From: Macrostomum lignano
Lineage: Eukaryota
Reading direction: 5' to 3'
NCBI GenBank assembly: GCA_002269645.1
Contig: NIVC01000291.1
Coordinates: 558,001 to 622,000, forward strand
DNA: 64,000 nucleotides
Made by a program: the position numbers and the translations under genes. Position 1 is the first letter of the stretch. Every line of letters begins with the position of its first letter. The notes under the pieces are model-generated. The model searched no databases. It saw only the letters and a list, made by a program, of their open reading frames with translations, and was not told the DNA's origin. This document shows, in pieces, positions 31,201-42,309 of this stretch.

Positions 31201-34200
31201 CAGCATAGGCACCAAAAAGTGTGGATACCATATTAAATAAAGTAGTAGTTGTTGTTATAATAATGGTAAAAATAGTGAAATGGTTATTTTTATCTTCAAA
31301 GCATAAAACAAATCCTACTATATTCAATATTTTGACTTTTTTCTCAATTGAATTACAACTTTAAAAAGTGCCAAGAATCCAAGATATAAAATAAAGTAAA
31401 ATAAAGAGCCCTAGGTTAAATACTAATCTTCTGAATATAGCATATATTACCTAGAGGTCAGTATAAACACATTGAATTCCATATAAATTAAATTAAAACA
31501 AAATCAACTCATAATACTCATTTAGTGTCATCCATATTAAGGGATTTGGCTGTGTTTAGAAAAATGATACACCTAAAAATTTCCATATTTTTTACAAATT
31601 AAAAGTTGTGATATTTAACAAAAGTGCACAAAGTTCACATTTTTTGTCAAAGTATAAAAAGTTGTACAAAGAGAATTGCTTTTTTTAGTTTTTAGCTTTG
31701 GCTTATTTTAATTAAATATCTGAAAATCTTAATTGAATCCCATATTGTATTGTCAAAAAATATTGAATCTCAAAAATTCAATATTGTTCAACCCCTACTC
31801 CTTACCTAGCTAGATTAGCTTAGTTAAGTAAGTGCTACATATATGCCAAGTGCATTGGGCAAATTTCTATGTCAACAAGAGAAAATTTAATAATCTTCCC
31901 AAAACAATTAAAGCATTAATAGTTTTATAAAAATTGGAAAACTCCTAATTCTAGGTACATTTTATAGACTATAATTAATAATAACAAAAATATTTTACTG
32001 TTTTTTTGCAGTTTAGAGAGTATCAACAATATAAAGTAATAGAATAGAAATTTTAATATTTTGGTTTTGGCATATTGGTTTTCAACTTACCAACCTGAAT
32101 TTGGACCCAAAAGGCTAAATTCAATTTTGATGCTTGAAAACCCAGTGTCACACATATGCATAGTGCATTTAGATACATAAAACTCCATGGCACACTGCTG
32201 CTAACTATGAGTACTAGCAACAGAATCAAGTGTTACTAACTAGAACTGATATCAATTTTGCCCTGGCAACTCAGTCACCCGCATGTCAGACCAGTTGAAA
32301 CAGTTTGTTGTTAATGCTTTGCCCATGCATGTGAGAATTCATACTCATACTCTCTACTGCTGTCAGTAGGCAAACTCTCCCACAGATTCTTCCCATAACT
32401 CATTTTGCTAGGCCTGCATTGACAATAAGCTGGAGCTGGTCCGCTTCCTCTGCGAGCACGGCGCGGACCTGCACGCCCGCGACAAGGAGGGCTGGACGCC
32501 GCTGCACGCCACGGCGCTTGGCGGCCACACGGAGATCGCCAAGTACCTCATCAAGCGGGGCGCCTCGCTGACTTCCGCGAACAGCGACGGCGACCTACCA
32601 GTCGATGTCGCTGAACAGTCCGAGATGCGCAACCTGCTGCGCACCGGCCTGCCGGATGTCGAGGAGGCCGCCGCTCGCAACGCCGAGGTTGCCGCGATGC
32701 TGGCGGACGCCATCGAGTGGCGGCGGGCCGGGCGCTACCGCGACCTGCGCGATCCTGTCGCCAACGCCGGGCCGCTGCACGTGGCCGCCGCCAAGGGCTA
32801 CCAGCAGGCTCTGGCCGAGCTGCTGCTCTGTCCCGGCGTGCCGCTGGAAGCTGTCGATAACGACGGTTGGACTGCGCTGCACGCTGCCGCGCACTGGGGC
32901 CAGGCCGAGGCCTGTCGGATGCTGGTGGCCAATGGGGCCAACATGGACGCGCTGACCAATGCTGTAAGTGTCAGGTGGGAGTCACTATGGCTGTTGTTAT
33001 ATATAAAAATTCTTCGCCAGCTTATTAGTAACGAGCAACTTCGCAAGTGTCAGGCAGGAGTAACTTTGACTGTAAGCTAAAATAGAAAATGCCTCGCCAG
33101 CTTTCAAGTGGCATTATTTTATCGCAGTCGGTGACCGATGCTAGCAGTCGTAAGTACGCATTCTCAGCAAATCGCTATTTGAACTCTCGAACCACAGAAC
33201 CAAACGGTCTTTGATCTTGCCGACGAGTCCGTTAAGCCGCTGCTCGAGGAACTCAAAGTTAAACAGCGCGAGGTGAGCAGAGCGGACTGTTAATGGCTGT
33301 TATATTATATAATTCTCCCAATGCCTTTCTACTCTACTTTTGAATTGACTGAGTAGTATTGTCCGCTTTTATATTGCAGATAATGCAGGAGAAAGTGATG
33401 AAGCGCCCAGCTCCCGTTATTTCCACTCTGAAAGTGGAAGAGGGTCGCGCGCACTCGATGAGACGGTGAGCTCAGTTGCTTTGTGACTAACTCAGTTCTG
33501 GTTAGGGATTTAGCTGACTATTAATTTTCTATTTATAAGATCTGTTTTTATTTAACATTTTCAGCAGCGAAATTGTTTCGCAAGTTGGATCTGCTGCAGC
33601 CCAGAAAAAGTTTGTTGCTAGGGCTGTCTGTGTATTTCCTGTCTATACGCGCTGATTTCTGATTTTGCTAAATCCTGTCGCGTGTTCCCCGATTGAACTC
33701 GCATTTAGCAGTTCGGGATTTCTGTTCTGCCGTTTTGTTGTTTTCCTGTTTCCGTGTTCGTTGCCTTCCTGCTGGCATCTAGCACATTGGGCTTAACTAG
33801 TTGACACAATCGTATTTTAGACTACTGGCCTTTAGGCGCATGATTCTCATATGTTACATTAAGCATGTTCTTCTTTAGTCAAGGCCTGTCTCGATTGCGT
33901 GCACAAAGTCACATGAAGCCAGCAGTCAGTCTGAGCACAGCTAGCATCAGCTTTGCTAATTCTTTTCAGAGCAAGTTGTCCGAATCTGATGGGCTTTAAA
34001 TGCTTTGTTTAATTGCTCACTCTCTCTTTGTTCTTCAGCTCATCTGGTTCTCCAGCCGCCGGCCCCGCCATCTGCTCTCAGCCCCTCACTCAGCAGCCTG
34101 TCCCTGCCATCCCCTCAGCCCCACAGCCCCTCACTCAGCAGCCTGTCCCTGCCATCCCCTCAGCCCCACAGCCCCTCACTCAGCAGCCTGTCCCTGCCAT

Positions 34201-37200
34201 CCCCTCAGCCCCACAGCCCCTCACTCAGCAGCCTGTCCCTGCCATCCCCTCAGCCCCACAGCCCCTCACTCAGCAGCCTGTCCCTGCCATCCCCTCAGCC
34301 CCTCACTCAGCAGCCTGTCCCTGCCATCCCCCTCAGCCCCTCACTCAGCAGCCTGTCCCTGCCATCCCCTCGCCCCACAGCCCCTCACTCAGCAGCCTGT
34401 CCCTGCCATCCCCTCAGCCCCACAGCCCCTCACTCAGCAGCCTGTCCCTGCCATCCCCTCAGCCCCACAGCCCCTCACTCAGCAGCCTGTCCCTGCCATC
34501 CCCTCAGCCCCTCACTCAGCAGCCTGTCCCTGCCATCCCCCTCAGCCCCTCACTCAGCAGCCTGTCCCTGCCATCCCCTCGCCCCACAGCCCCTCACTCA
34601 GCAGCCTGTCTCTGCCATCCCCCTCAGCCCCTCACTCAGCAGCCTGTCCCTGCCATCCCCTCAGCCCCACAGCCCCTCACTCAGCAGCCTGTCCCTGCCA
34701 TCCCCTCAGCCCCTCACTCAGCAGCCTGTCCCTGCCATCCCCCTCAGCCCCTCACTCAGCAGCCTGTCCCTGCCATCCCCTCAGCCCCACAGCCCTCACT
34801 CAGCAGCCTGTCCCTGCCATCCCCTCAGCCCCACAGCCCCTCACTCAGCAGCCTGTCCCTGCCATCCCCTCAGCCCCACAGCCCCTCACTCAGCAGCCTG
34901 TCCCTGCCATCCCCTCAGCCCCACAGCCCCTCACTCAGCAGCCTGTCCCTGCCATCCCCTCAGCCCCTCACTCAGCAGCCTGTCCCTGCCATCCCCTCAG
35001 CCCCTCACTCAGCAGCCTGTCTCTGCCATCCCCTCAGCCCCTCACTCAGCAGCCTTCGCCCCCCTCCCCGTCCGCCAGGAGCTCGGTGACGCGGCTGCCT
35101 CAGTCGGAGCGGCACGACCTGACCCTGAAGGGCGCCGAACAGGAGAAGCACCCCGAGAAGCTGTTGCAAGGCAACGCCGTCGCCCCGGCAACCACACAAT
35201 CGGCGGGATTGCCAACTGCCGCCGCGGCGACTTCAGCGGTGGCGCCGCCGGGCAGGTCGCCGCTGGCCTCCAGCGAGTCGTTGAGCTCGGATGACGAGCT
35301 CCGCAAGTCGACTGCCGAAGCCAGGCAGCAGCTGCAGCAGCCGCAGCAGAGGCGGCCCACCCCGTCACCTCCGGGCTTCGTTATCACAACGACCTCCGAG
35401 TCGCCGCCTCCGCCGTCGCAGCCTCCGCCGCCTCTTCCGGCCAGTCAGTCGCCTGCGCCAACTTCAGTCGCTTCGTCTTCGTCGCCGGCCTCTGGTGTTG
35501 TGTCGGCGAAGCGCCGGATAGAAATCATCCCCGCGGGCTCGGCGGCCGCCCCGACCGCGCCTGAGTCGGCGACGGAAGCACAGACGAGTAGGAGCAAAGT
35601 TCGGGTGAGCACCACCAGGACAGTTTGGTTTTATTGGATTTCTCACGAGTGCCGATTCACTGCTTGGCTTTGATCTTCACTCTCCCAGACCCCCAGTTGC
35701 TGGGCCAGCCTCCCAGACCCTCAGTTGCTGAGCCAGCCTCCCAGACCCTCATTTGCTGGGCCAGCCTCCCAGACCCCCAGTTGCTGGGCCAGCCTCCCAG
35801 ACCCTCAGTTGCTGGGCCAGCCTCCCAGACCCTCAGTTGCTGGGCCAGCCTCCCTGATCCTCAGTTGCTGGGCCAGCCTCCCAGATTCTCAGTTGCTGGG
35901 CCAGCCTCCCAGATCCTCGGTTGCTGGGCCAGCCTCCCTGATCCTCAGTTGCTGGGCCAGCCTCCCTGATCCTCCTGCATCATGAACGCACACAATGAGG
36001 CACTGCCCAGTATCACTATTTAAACGCAATCGCCAGGAATTATACTCAGAATTCCCCTATTTCGCTCAGGCCACGCCAGTGCAAACTGTGCCCGAGGATG
36101 TAAGTGACCAACAGGCCTCTCGTGTTTCCTTGACAACCAGTACTATACAGTGCACTAATATTGTATACATGGTGCTTTTATTACATGTGTACGAAGTTCA
36201 GGTGCATTTTCGCATGCATTCGTTTGTTGAGTTTTGCATCGCCATTTGTTGCCTGTTTCCTGATCAGCTGTTCTTTGTAGTGAAAACTTTCTTTCTATCC
36301 CAGACTACCAGTCTGCGTTTTGGGGCTTTCAGCATGTTGGAATTTGGCTGTGTCTTATAGTTAAACCATGCATTTAAGGTAGGGTCTGGTGTAGGCAGAG
36401 CAGTTTTGATAGTCAAAGTAGATATGGTAGGGTGTGGGGTAGTCAGAGCAGCTATGGTAGGGTGTGGGGTAGTCAGAGCAGGTATGGTAGGGTTTGGGGT
36501 AGTCAGAGCAGGTATGGTAGGGTGTGGGGTAGTCAGAGCAGGTATTGTGTGGAGTGGGGTAGTCAAAGCAGGTATGGTAGGGTGTGGGGTAGTCAGAGTA
36601 GGTATGGTAGGGTGTGGGTAGTCAGAGTAGGTATGGTAGGGTGTGGGGTAGTCAGAGTAGGTATGGTAGGGTGTGGGATAGTCAGAGTAGGTATGGTAGG
36701 GTGTGGGGTAGTCAGAGTAGGTATGGTAGGGTGTGGGGTAGTCAGAGTAGGTATGGTAGGGTGTGGGGTAGTCAGAGTAGGTATGGTAGGGTGTGGGGTA
36801 GTCAGAGTAGGTATGGTAGGGTGTGGGGTAGTCAGAGTAGGTATGGTAGGGTGTGGGGTAGTCAGAGTAGGTATGGTAGGGTGTGGGGTAGTCAGAGTAG
36901 GTATGGTAGGGTGTGGGGTAGTCAGAGTAGGTATGGTAGGGTGTGGGGTAGTCAGAGTAGGTATGGTAGGGTGTGGGGTAGTCAGAGTAGGTATGGTAGG
37001 GTGTGGGGTAGTCAGAGTAGGTATGGTAGGGTGTGGGGTAGTCAGAGTAGGTATGGTAGGGTGTGGGGTAGTCAGAGTAGGTATGGTAGGGTGTGTGTAG
37101 TCAGAGTAGGTATGGTAGGGTGTGTGTAGTCAGAGTAGGTATGGTAGGGTGTGGGTAGTCAGAGTAAGTACGGTAGTTTTACAGTGTCTTTAAATGCTCG

Positions 37201-40200
37201 ATAGTTTCTGTAGAGATCTGATTCGGCCGCACATATTTTGTTCATTTTTCACTGTTATACTTGTCTAGAAATGGTTACTCTTGCAATACTCGTACACCGT
37301 TTCTGAACTAAATTCAATGTAATCGGATTGTCCTGTCTAAAATCCCGTAGTCTTAGCAAATCCTTAACTCTAAATGTACTTTTAGCTAGTCAGCCTGGAG
37401 CACTGTGTACTTTCTGGGCTCTCTAACGACAATCGTTTCGCTTAGTAATGCTTTCTTCGAAATGCGATCAACAGCTTTCTCGAGCCTCTAAAATACGAGC
37501 GGTTTTTCTTGCGCCCTGTCCAAGCAATATTGACAGCTGAATGTTCTGACTCATTCCTGTGTCAGACCATCCCTGGTCCCTGTGTCAGACCATCCCTGAT
37601 CCCTGTATCAGACCCATCCCTAATCCCTATGTCAGACCCATCCCTAATCCCTATGTCAGACCCATCCCTGATCCCTGCGTCAGATCTATCCCTGCCTGAT
37701 CCCTGTGTCAGACCATCCCTGATCCCTGTGTCAGACCCATCCCTGGTCCCTGTGTCAGAAGACCATCCCTGATCCCTGTGTCAGACCATCCCTGATCCCT
37801 GTGTCAGATCATCCCTGATTCCTGTGTCAGACCATCCCTGATCCCTGTGTCAGACCATCCCTGATCCTTGTGTCAGACCCATCCCTGATCCCTGTGTCAG
37901 ACCATCCCTGATTCCTGTGTCAGACCCATCCCTGATCCCTGTGTCAGACCATCCCTGATTCCTGTGTCAGACCCATCCCTGATCCCTGTGTCAGACCATC
38001 CCTGATTCCTGTGTCAGACCCATCCCTGATCCTGTATCAGACCATCCCTAGTCCCTATGTCAGACCATCCCTGGTCCCTGTGTCAGACCATCCCTGATCC
38101 CTGTGTCAGACCCATCCCTGGTCCCTGTGTCAGACCATCCCTGGTGTCTTTGTCAGACGTCAATGTTTTCCCACCCGGTTATGTCCCAACCTGCAGAGCA
38201 TTCTCACCCGCATGGAGAGCCTTCAGGAGACTTCAAGTGGCAGCTCCTCATCGGTGGCAGTCAGGCAGAACACCCAGCCTCAGGCCAGGGCGGGCATCGG
38301 CGGCGGTCGCGTCCGGTCAGCGGCCGACGCTTTGACCATGTCTTCGTCCGCGGCTGGCGGGACAAAGCCGGCTTCCGGCAGTGTCGGGCTGTCGGCCTCC
38401 TTAAATAGTCCGCTGGTGTTTCCCAAGGTGAGTCCGACTGCATGTGTGGTCATTGCCCCCGTCGCCATACCTCGCCCTCTCCTCGACCCCCTGACCTCAG
38501 GCCGTCCCCAACCCCCTGACCTCAGGCCGTCCCCAACCCCCTGACCTCAGGCCGTCCCCAACCCCCTGACCTCAGGCCGTCCCCAACCCCCTGACCTCAG
38601 GCCGTCCCCAACCCCCTGACCTCAGGCCGTCCCCAACCCCCTGACCTCAGGCCGTCCCCAACCCCCTGACCTCAGGCCGTCCCCAACCCCTGACCTCAGA
38701 CTGTCCCCAACCCCCTGACCTCAGACTGTCCCCAACCCCTGACCTCAGGCCGTCCCCAACCCCCTGACCTCAGGCCGTCCCCAACCCCCTGACCTCAGAC
38801 TGTCCCCAACCCCTGACCTCAGGCCGTCCCCAACCCCCTGACCTCAGGCCGTCCCCAACCCCCTGACCTCAGGCCGTCCCCAACCCCCTGATCTCAGGCC
38901 GTCCCCAACCCCCTGACCTCAGACTGTCCCCAACCCCTGACCTCAGACTGTCCCCAACCCCCTGACCTCAGACTGTCCCCAACCCCCTGACCTCAGGCCG
39001 TCCCCAACCCCCAAAATCCGCAGACGGAGCCGCCAGCCGGCAGCCGGCTGTCCCAGCCGGAGGCGCCAGCGGACCGACTCGAGCGGCTGCGCGGCACGGC
39101 AGGCGGTCGGCTCGCCAACTCGGTGGTGGCGCCCGTGCCTTCAGACCAGAACGGCAGCCGCAGCTCCCTGTCGCCGCAGCGGCAGCCGCCGGCCGCGGCC
39201 TCGCACCGGCGTGTGTCCGTCATCATGGAGAAAGAGAAGACAGAGGAGTCCGAGACCGAGCGGCGCCGGATTTCGCGCCACAATCGCGCCACAAAGCGGC
39301 TGACGCAGGGCGTCACCCCAGACGAAGTGGAGCAGGCGCGGAAGCTGATGGCCTCCCGGGCGGCGCCCGCCGACTCCGTGGACAACCAACCACCCGCTGC
39401 CGCTGACGAGCAGCAGTCGTCTGCCGCAGTCAGCAAGGCCGGTTTGGCGGCGGGCTCCGAGGAGCCTCCGGCTGCTACCACGACTGCGTCTGCCTGGCCG
39501 AGCCGGACTGAAGAGGTGCGCAGGGCTGGGTGGCACGTGGCAGTTGTTGGATAGGGGATCAATTGGAAATGGCAGAGCTCGGAATGGTATTAGTTTGGTG
39601 GGATTTTTTTTGCGTCAGGCCAGGGGATGAGATTCCAGGCCAGGGGATGAGATTTGTCAGGCCAGGGGATGAGATTTGTCAGGCCAGGGGATGAGATTTG
39701 TCAGGCCAGGGGATGAGATTCCAGGCCAGGGGATGAGATGTGTCAGGCCAGGGGATGAGATGTGTCAGCGAGGGGATGAGATGTGTCAGCGAGGGGATGA
39801 GATGTGTCAGGACAGGGGATGAGATGTGTCAGCGAGGGGATGAGATGTGTCAGGCCAGGGGATGAGATGTGTCAGGCCAGGGGATGAGATTCGTCAGGCC
39901 AGGGGATGAGATGTGTCAGGCCAGGGGATGAGATGTGTCAGGCGAGGGGATGAGATGTGTCAGGCGAGGGGATGAGATGTGTCAGGCGAGGGGATGAGAT
40001 GTGTCAGGCGAGGGGATGAGATGTGTCAGGCGAGGGGATGAGATGTGTCAGGCGAGGGGATGAGATGTGTCAGCGAGGGGATGAGATGTGTCAGACGAGG
40101 GAATGAGATGTGTCAGGACAGGGGATGAGATGTGTCAGGCGAGGGGATGAGATGTGTCAGGACAGGGGATTAGATGTGTCAGGCCAGGGGATGAGATTTG

Positions 40201-42210
40201 TCAGGACAGGGGATTAGATGTGTCAGGCCAGGGGATGAGATGTGTCAGGACAGGGGATGAGATGTGTCAGGCCAATGGATGAGATATGTCAGGCAAGGGG
40301 ATGAGATGTGTCAGGCCAATGGATGAGATATGTCAGGCAAGGGGATGAGATGTGTCAGGCCAATGGATGAGATATGTCAGGCAAGGGGATGAGATGTGTC
40401 AGGCAAGGGGAAGAGATGTGTCAGGCCAGGGGCGGGCCGATGCAAGTGATTGAAAGTTGGGGGAAGTTCGGCAACCGGGCTGAGTGCGGGCTCAGCTCGG
40501 TTTCGGGCATCGGGCTTATTGACGGTAACCCCAGCCAATCCTTGCAGGGTGGCGGCGGCTCCTTCCGCGTCAGGCCGGATTCATTCCATGGCGGCAGCTC
40601 GGCAGCCCCGGCCACGGACTATCGCAGAATGTTCGAGACTGAGAAAATCCGCTCCGAGCAGCTGGAGCGGGAGAACGGCCGGATGAGGCGGGAGATGGAC
40701 CGCATGCGGCGCGAGCTCGAAACCCTGCAGCAGCAGCAGCAGGAGCAGCAGCTGCAGCAGCGGGCCGTCATCAACAGGAGTCTGGCCGGCTACGAGGCTC
40801 AGGAGAGGGTGAGGATTTGCAGCATTGGCGATTCTTGAGCGCCATCTCTACCCTCTCCTCTCCTATCTCTACCCTCTCCTCTCTTATCTCTACCCTCTCC
40901 TCTCCCATCTCTTACCCTCTCCTCTCCCATCTCTACCCTCTTCTCTCCCATCTCTACCCTCTCCTCTCCCATCTCTACCCTCTCCTCTCCTATCTCTACC
41001 CTCTCCTCTCCCATCTCTACCCTCTCCTCTCCTATCTCTACCCTCTCCTCTCCCATCTCTACCCTCTCCTCTCCCATTTCTACCCTCTCCTCTCCCATCT
41101 CTTACCCTCTCCTCTCCTATCTCTACCCTCTCCTCTCCTATCTCTAGCCTCTCCTCTCCCATCTCTACCCTCTCCTCTCCTATCTCTACCCTCTCCTCTC
41201 CTATCTCTACCCTCTCCTCTCCCATCTCTACCCTCTCCTCTCCCATCTCTACCCTCTCCTCTCCTATCTCTACCCTCTCCTCTCCCATCTCTACCCTCTC
41301 CTCTCCCATTTCTACCCTCTCCTCTCCCATCTCTTACCCTCTCCTCTCCTATCTCTTACCCTCTCCTCTCCCATCTCTACCCTCTTCTCTCCCATCTCTA
41401 CCCTTTCCTTCTTCGCTTCTCAACCCTCTTCTCTCTCATCTCTACCCTTTCCTTCTTCGCTTCTCTACCCTCTTCTCTCCCATCTCTACCCTTTCCTTCT
41501 TCGCTTCTCTACCCTCTTCTCTCCCATCTCTACCCTCTCCTCTCCCATCTCTACCCTCTCCTCTTCCATCTCTATCCTCTCCTCTCCCATCTCTACCCTC
41601 TCCTCTCTCATCTCTATCCTCTCCTCTCCCATCTCTACCCTCTCCTCTCTCATCTCTGCTCTCTCCTTCCATCTGTACCCTCTCTCTCCCATATCTACCT
41701 TCTCTCTCCCATTTCTACCCTCTCTCTCCCATATCTACCTTCTCTCTCCCATCTCTACCCTCTCTCTCCCATATCTACCTTCTCTCTCCCATCTCTACCC
41801 TCTCTCTCCGATATCTACCTTCTCTCTCCCATCTCTACCCTCTCTCTCCGATATCTACCTTCTCTCTCCCATCTCTACCCTCTCCTCTCCTCTCCCATCT
41901 CTACTCTCTCCTCTCTTCCTCTCTCTACCCTGTCACCTCTTCCTGTTTTTAATTTCATCTCTCAATGTTTTTCTACGCATATGCCTGGTCCACTCCTTCC
42001 CCAGCATTCCGCAGCTGCGTGCAGTTTGAGTCAGCCAAAGCTGCCAGCCTCACTGGCCGCATCTCCCAAACCTGTTCCTCAAATTTGCAGGCCGCCCAGG
42101 CGGAGGCGGAGCTGAACAAACTCAGGCTGGAGAACAGCAAGCTGAAGGCAGACAACACCTCCCTCATCCGCGTGATCAGCCGCCTCAGCACCCAGTCTGC
42201 GGCTACCTGA
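28250..42210 (+). CDS. PPP1R12A: Protein phosphatase 1 regulatory subunit 12 (MYPT, myosin phosphatase targeting subunit), 10 exons, about 875 aa
   Basis: Exons 28250-28504, 32412-32963, 33198-33272, 33380-33465, 35079-35604, 36070-36099, 38197-38427, 39024-39515, 40548-40808, 42091-42210; phases consistent, total 2628 nt. MyPhoNE-like RREQVRTW, RVxF motif KVKF, FLAACSS, ankyrin repeats (NIDGLTALHQAC, DKEGWTPLHA, DNDGWTALHAAAHWG), KRLTQGVT, DYRRMFE coiled coil and C-terminal LKADNTSLIRVISRLS. The symbol is family-level (vertebrate PPP1R12A/B/C co-orthologue). Confidence 0.88.
28768..29238. mobile_element. MITE (hAT-like), 471 bp, perfect 14-bp TIR and 8-bp TSD, nested in the 2.6-kb element
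   Basis: TIR catacatgcgcaac / gttgcgcatgtatg; TSD taataaga at 28760-28767 and 29239-29246. Contains a 22-bp tandem (tgcgacttagttttaacaaaaa x about 10) and a 28S rRNA-like fragment. Confidence 0.88.
29050..29132 (+). other. Degenerate 28S rRNA fragment (H69-H71 / R2 target-site region)
   Basis: gggtaaacggcaggagtaactatgactgtctt matches the conserved LSU GGGTAAACGGCGGGAGTAACTATGACTCTCTT at 30/32; downstream agccaaaataactcgtcagctagttagt parallels AGCCAAATGCCTCGTCATCTAATTAGT. Confidence 0.8.
29865..30380. repeat. Tandem repeat, 178-bp unit x about 2.9, inside the 2.6-kb element
   Basis: aaatcagatgcttactgtatg recurs at 29871, 30049 and 30227. Confidence 0.93.
32974..33109 (+). other. Two further degenerate 28S H69-H71-like copies in MYPT intron 2
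   Basis: ggtgggagtcactatggctgt...tcgccagcttattagtaacg (17/21 and 16/20 to LSU) and ggcaggagtaactttgactgt...aaatgcctcgccagct (18/21 and 14/16). Confidence 0.65.
34075..35052. repeat. Minisatellite, 45/37-bp units (MYPT intron 4)
   Basis: Unit cagcccctcactcagcagcctgtccctgccatcccctcagcccca, with a variant 8 bp shorter. Confidence 0.95.
35675..35975. repeat. Minisatellite, 28-bp unit x about 10 (MYPT intron 5)
   Basis: Unit cctcccagaccctcagttgctgggccag; same family as 52681-53112 in the opposite orientation. Confidence 0.93.
36395..37170. repeat. Minisatellite, 30-bp unit x about 25, G-rich (MYPT intron 6)
   Basis: Unit ggtatggtagggtgtggggtagtcagagta. Confidence 0.96.
37555..38157. repeat. Minisatellite, 23-24-bp unit x about 25 (MYPT intron 6)
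   Basis: Unit ccctgatccctgtgtcagac(c)cat. Confidence 0.93.
38490..39012. repeat. Minisatellite, 25-bp unit x about 21 (MYPT intron 7)
   Basis: Unit ctcaggccgtccccaaccccctgac. Confidence 0.96.
39615..40430. repeat. Minisatellite, 22-bp unit x about 37 (MYPT intron 8)
   Basis: Unit caggccaggggatgagatgtgt with variants. Confidence 0.95.
40842..41940. repeat. CT-rich minisatellite, about 20-21-bp unit (MYPT intron 9)
   Basis: Unit ccatctctaccctctcctctc; almost no G on the plus strand. Confidence 0.94.
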
Positions 42211-42309
42211 GCCGCTCTTGTGACTGCTCGCTGCGCGCTCGCCCGGTTCTCCGCTCCCAAGTCCACCTTTATCTACATTTCTCACTGTCTCATTACCTCC
42301 AATTCTATT

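Larger units (their letters stand above)
28642..31229. mobile_element. Non-autonomous DNA transposon, MULE-like, 2.6 kb, about 63-bp imperfect TIRs (MYPT intron 1)
   Basis: Left ggtttccatgaattttggtgcctatgctttttggtgccaggcattttggtgccctagtttgctt; right reverse complement ggtatccacactttttggtgcctatgctgtttggtgctaggcatttcagtgccctagtttgctt. Flanks ataataaa / atattaaa match 7/8, a likely 8-bp TSD. Confidence 0.75.

Noticed and set aside
33273-33379. Intronic C/D snoRNA (terminal stem agcggac/gtccgct)
   Set aside because: No RUGAUGA C box after the 5' stem, and the CUGA is not adjacent to the 3' stem.
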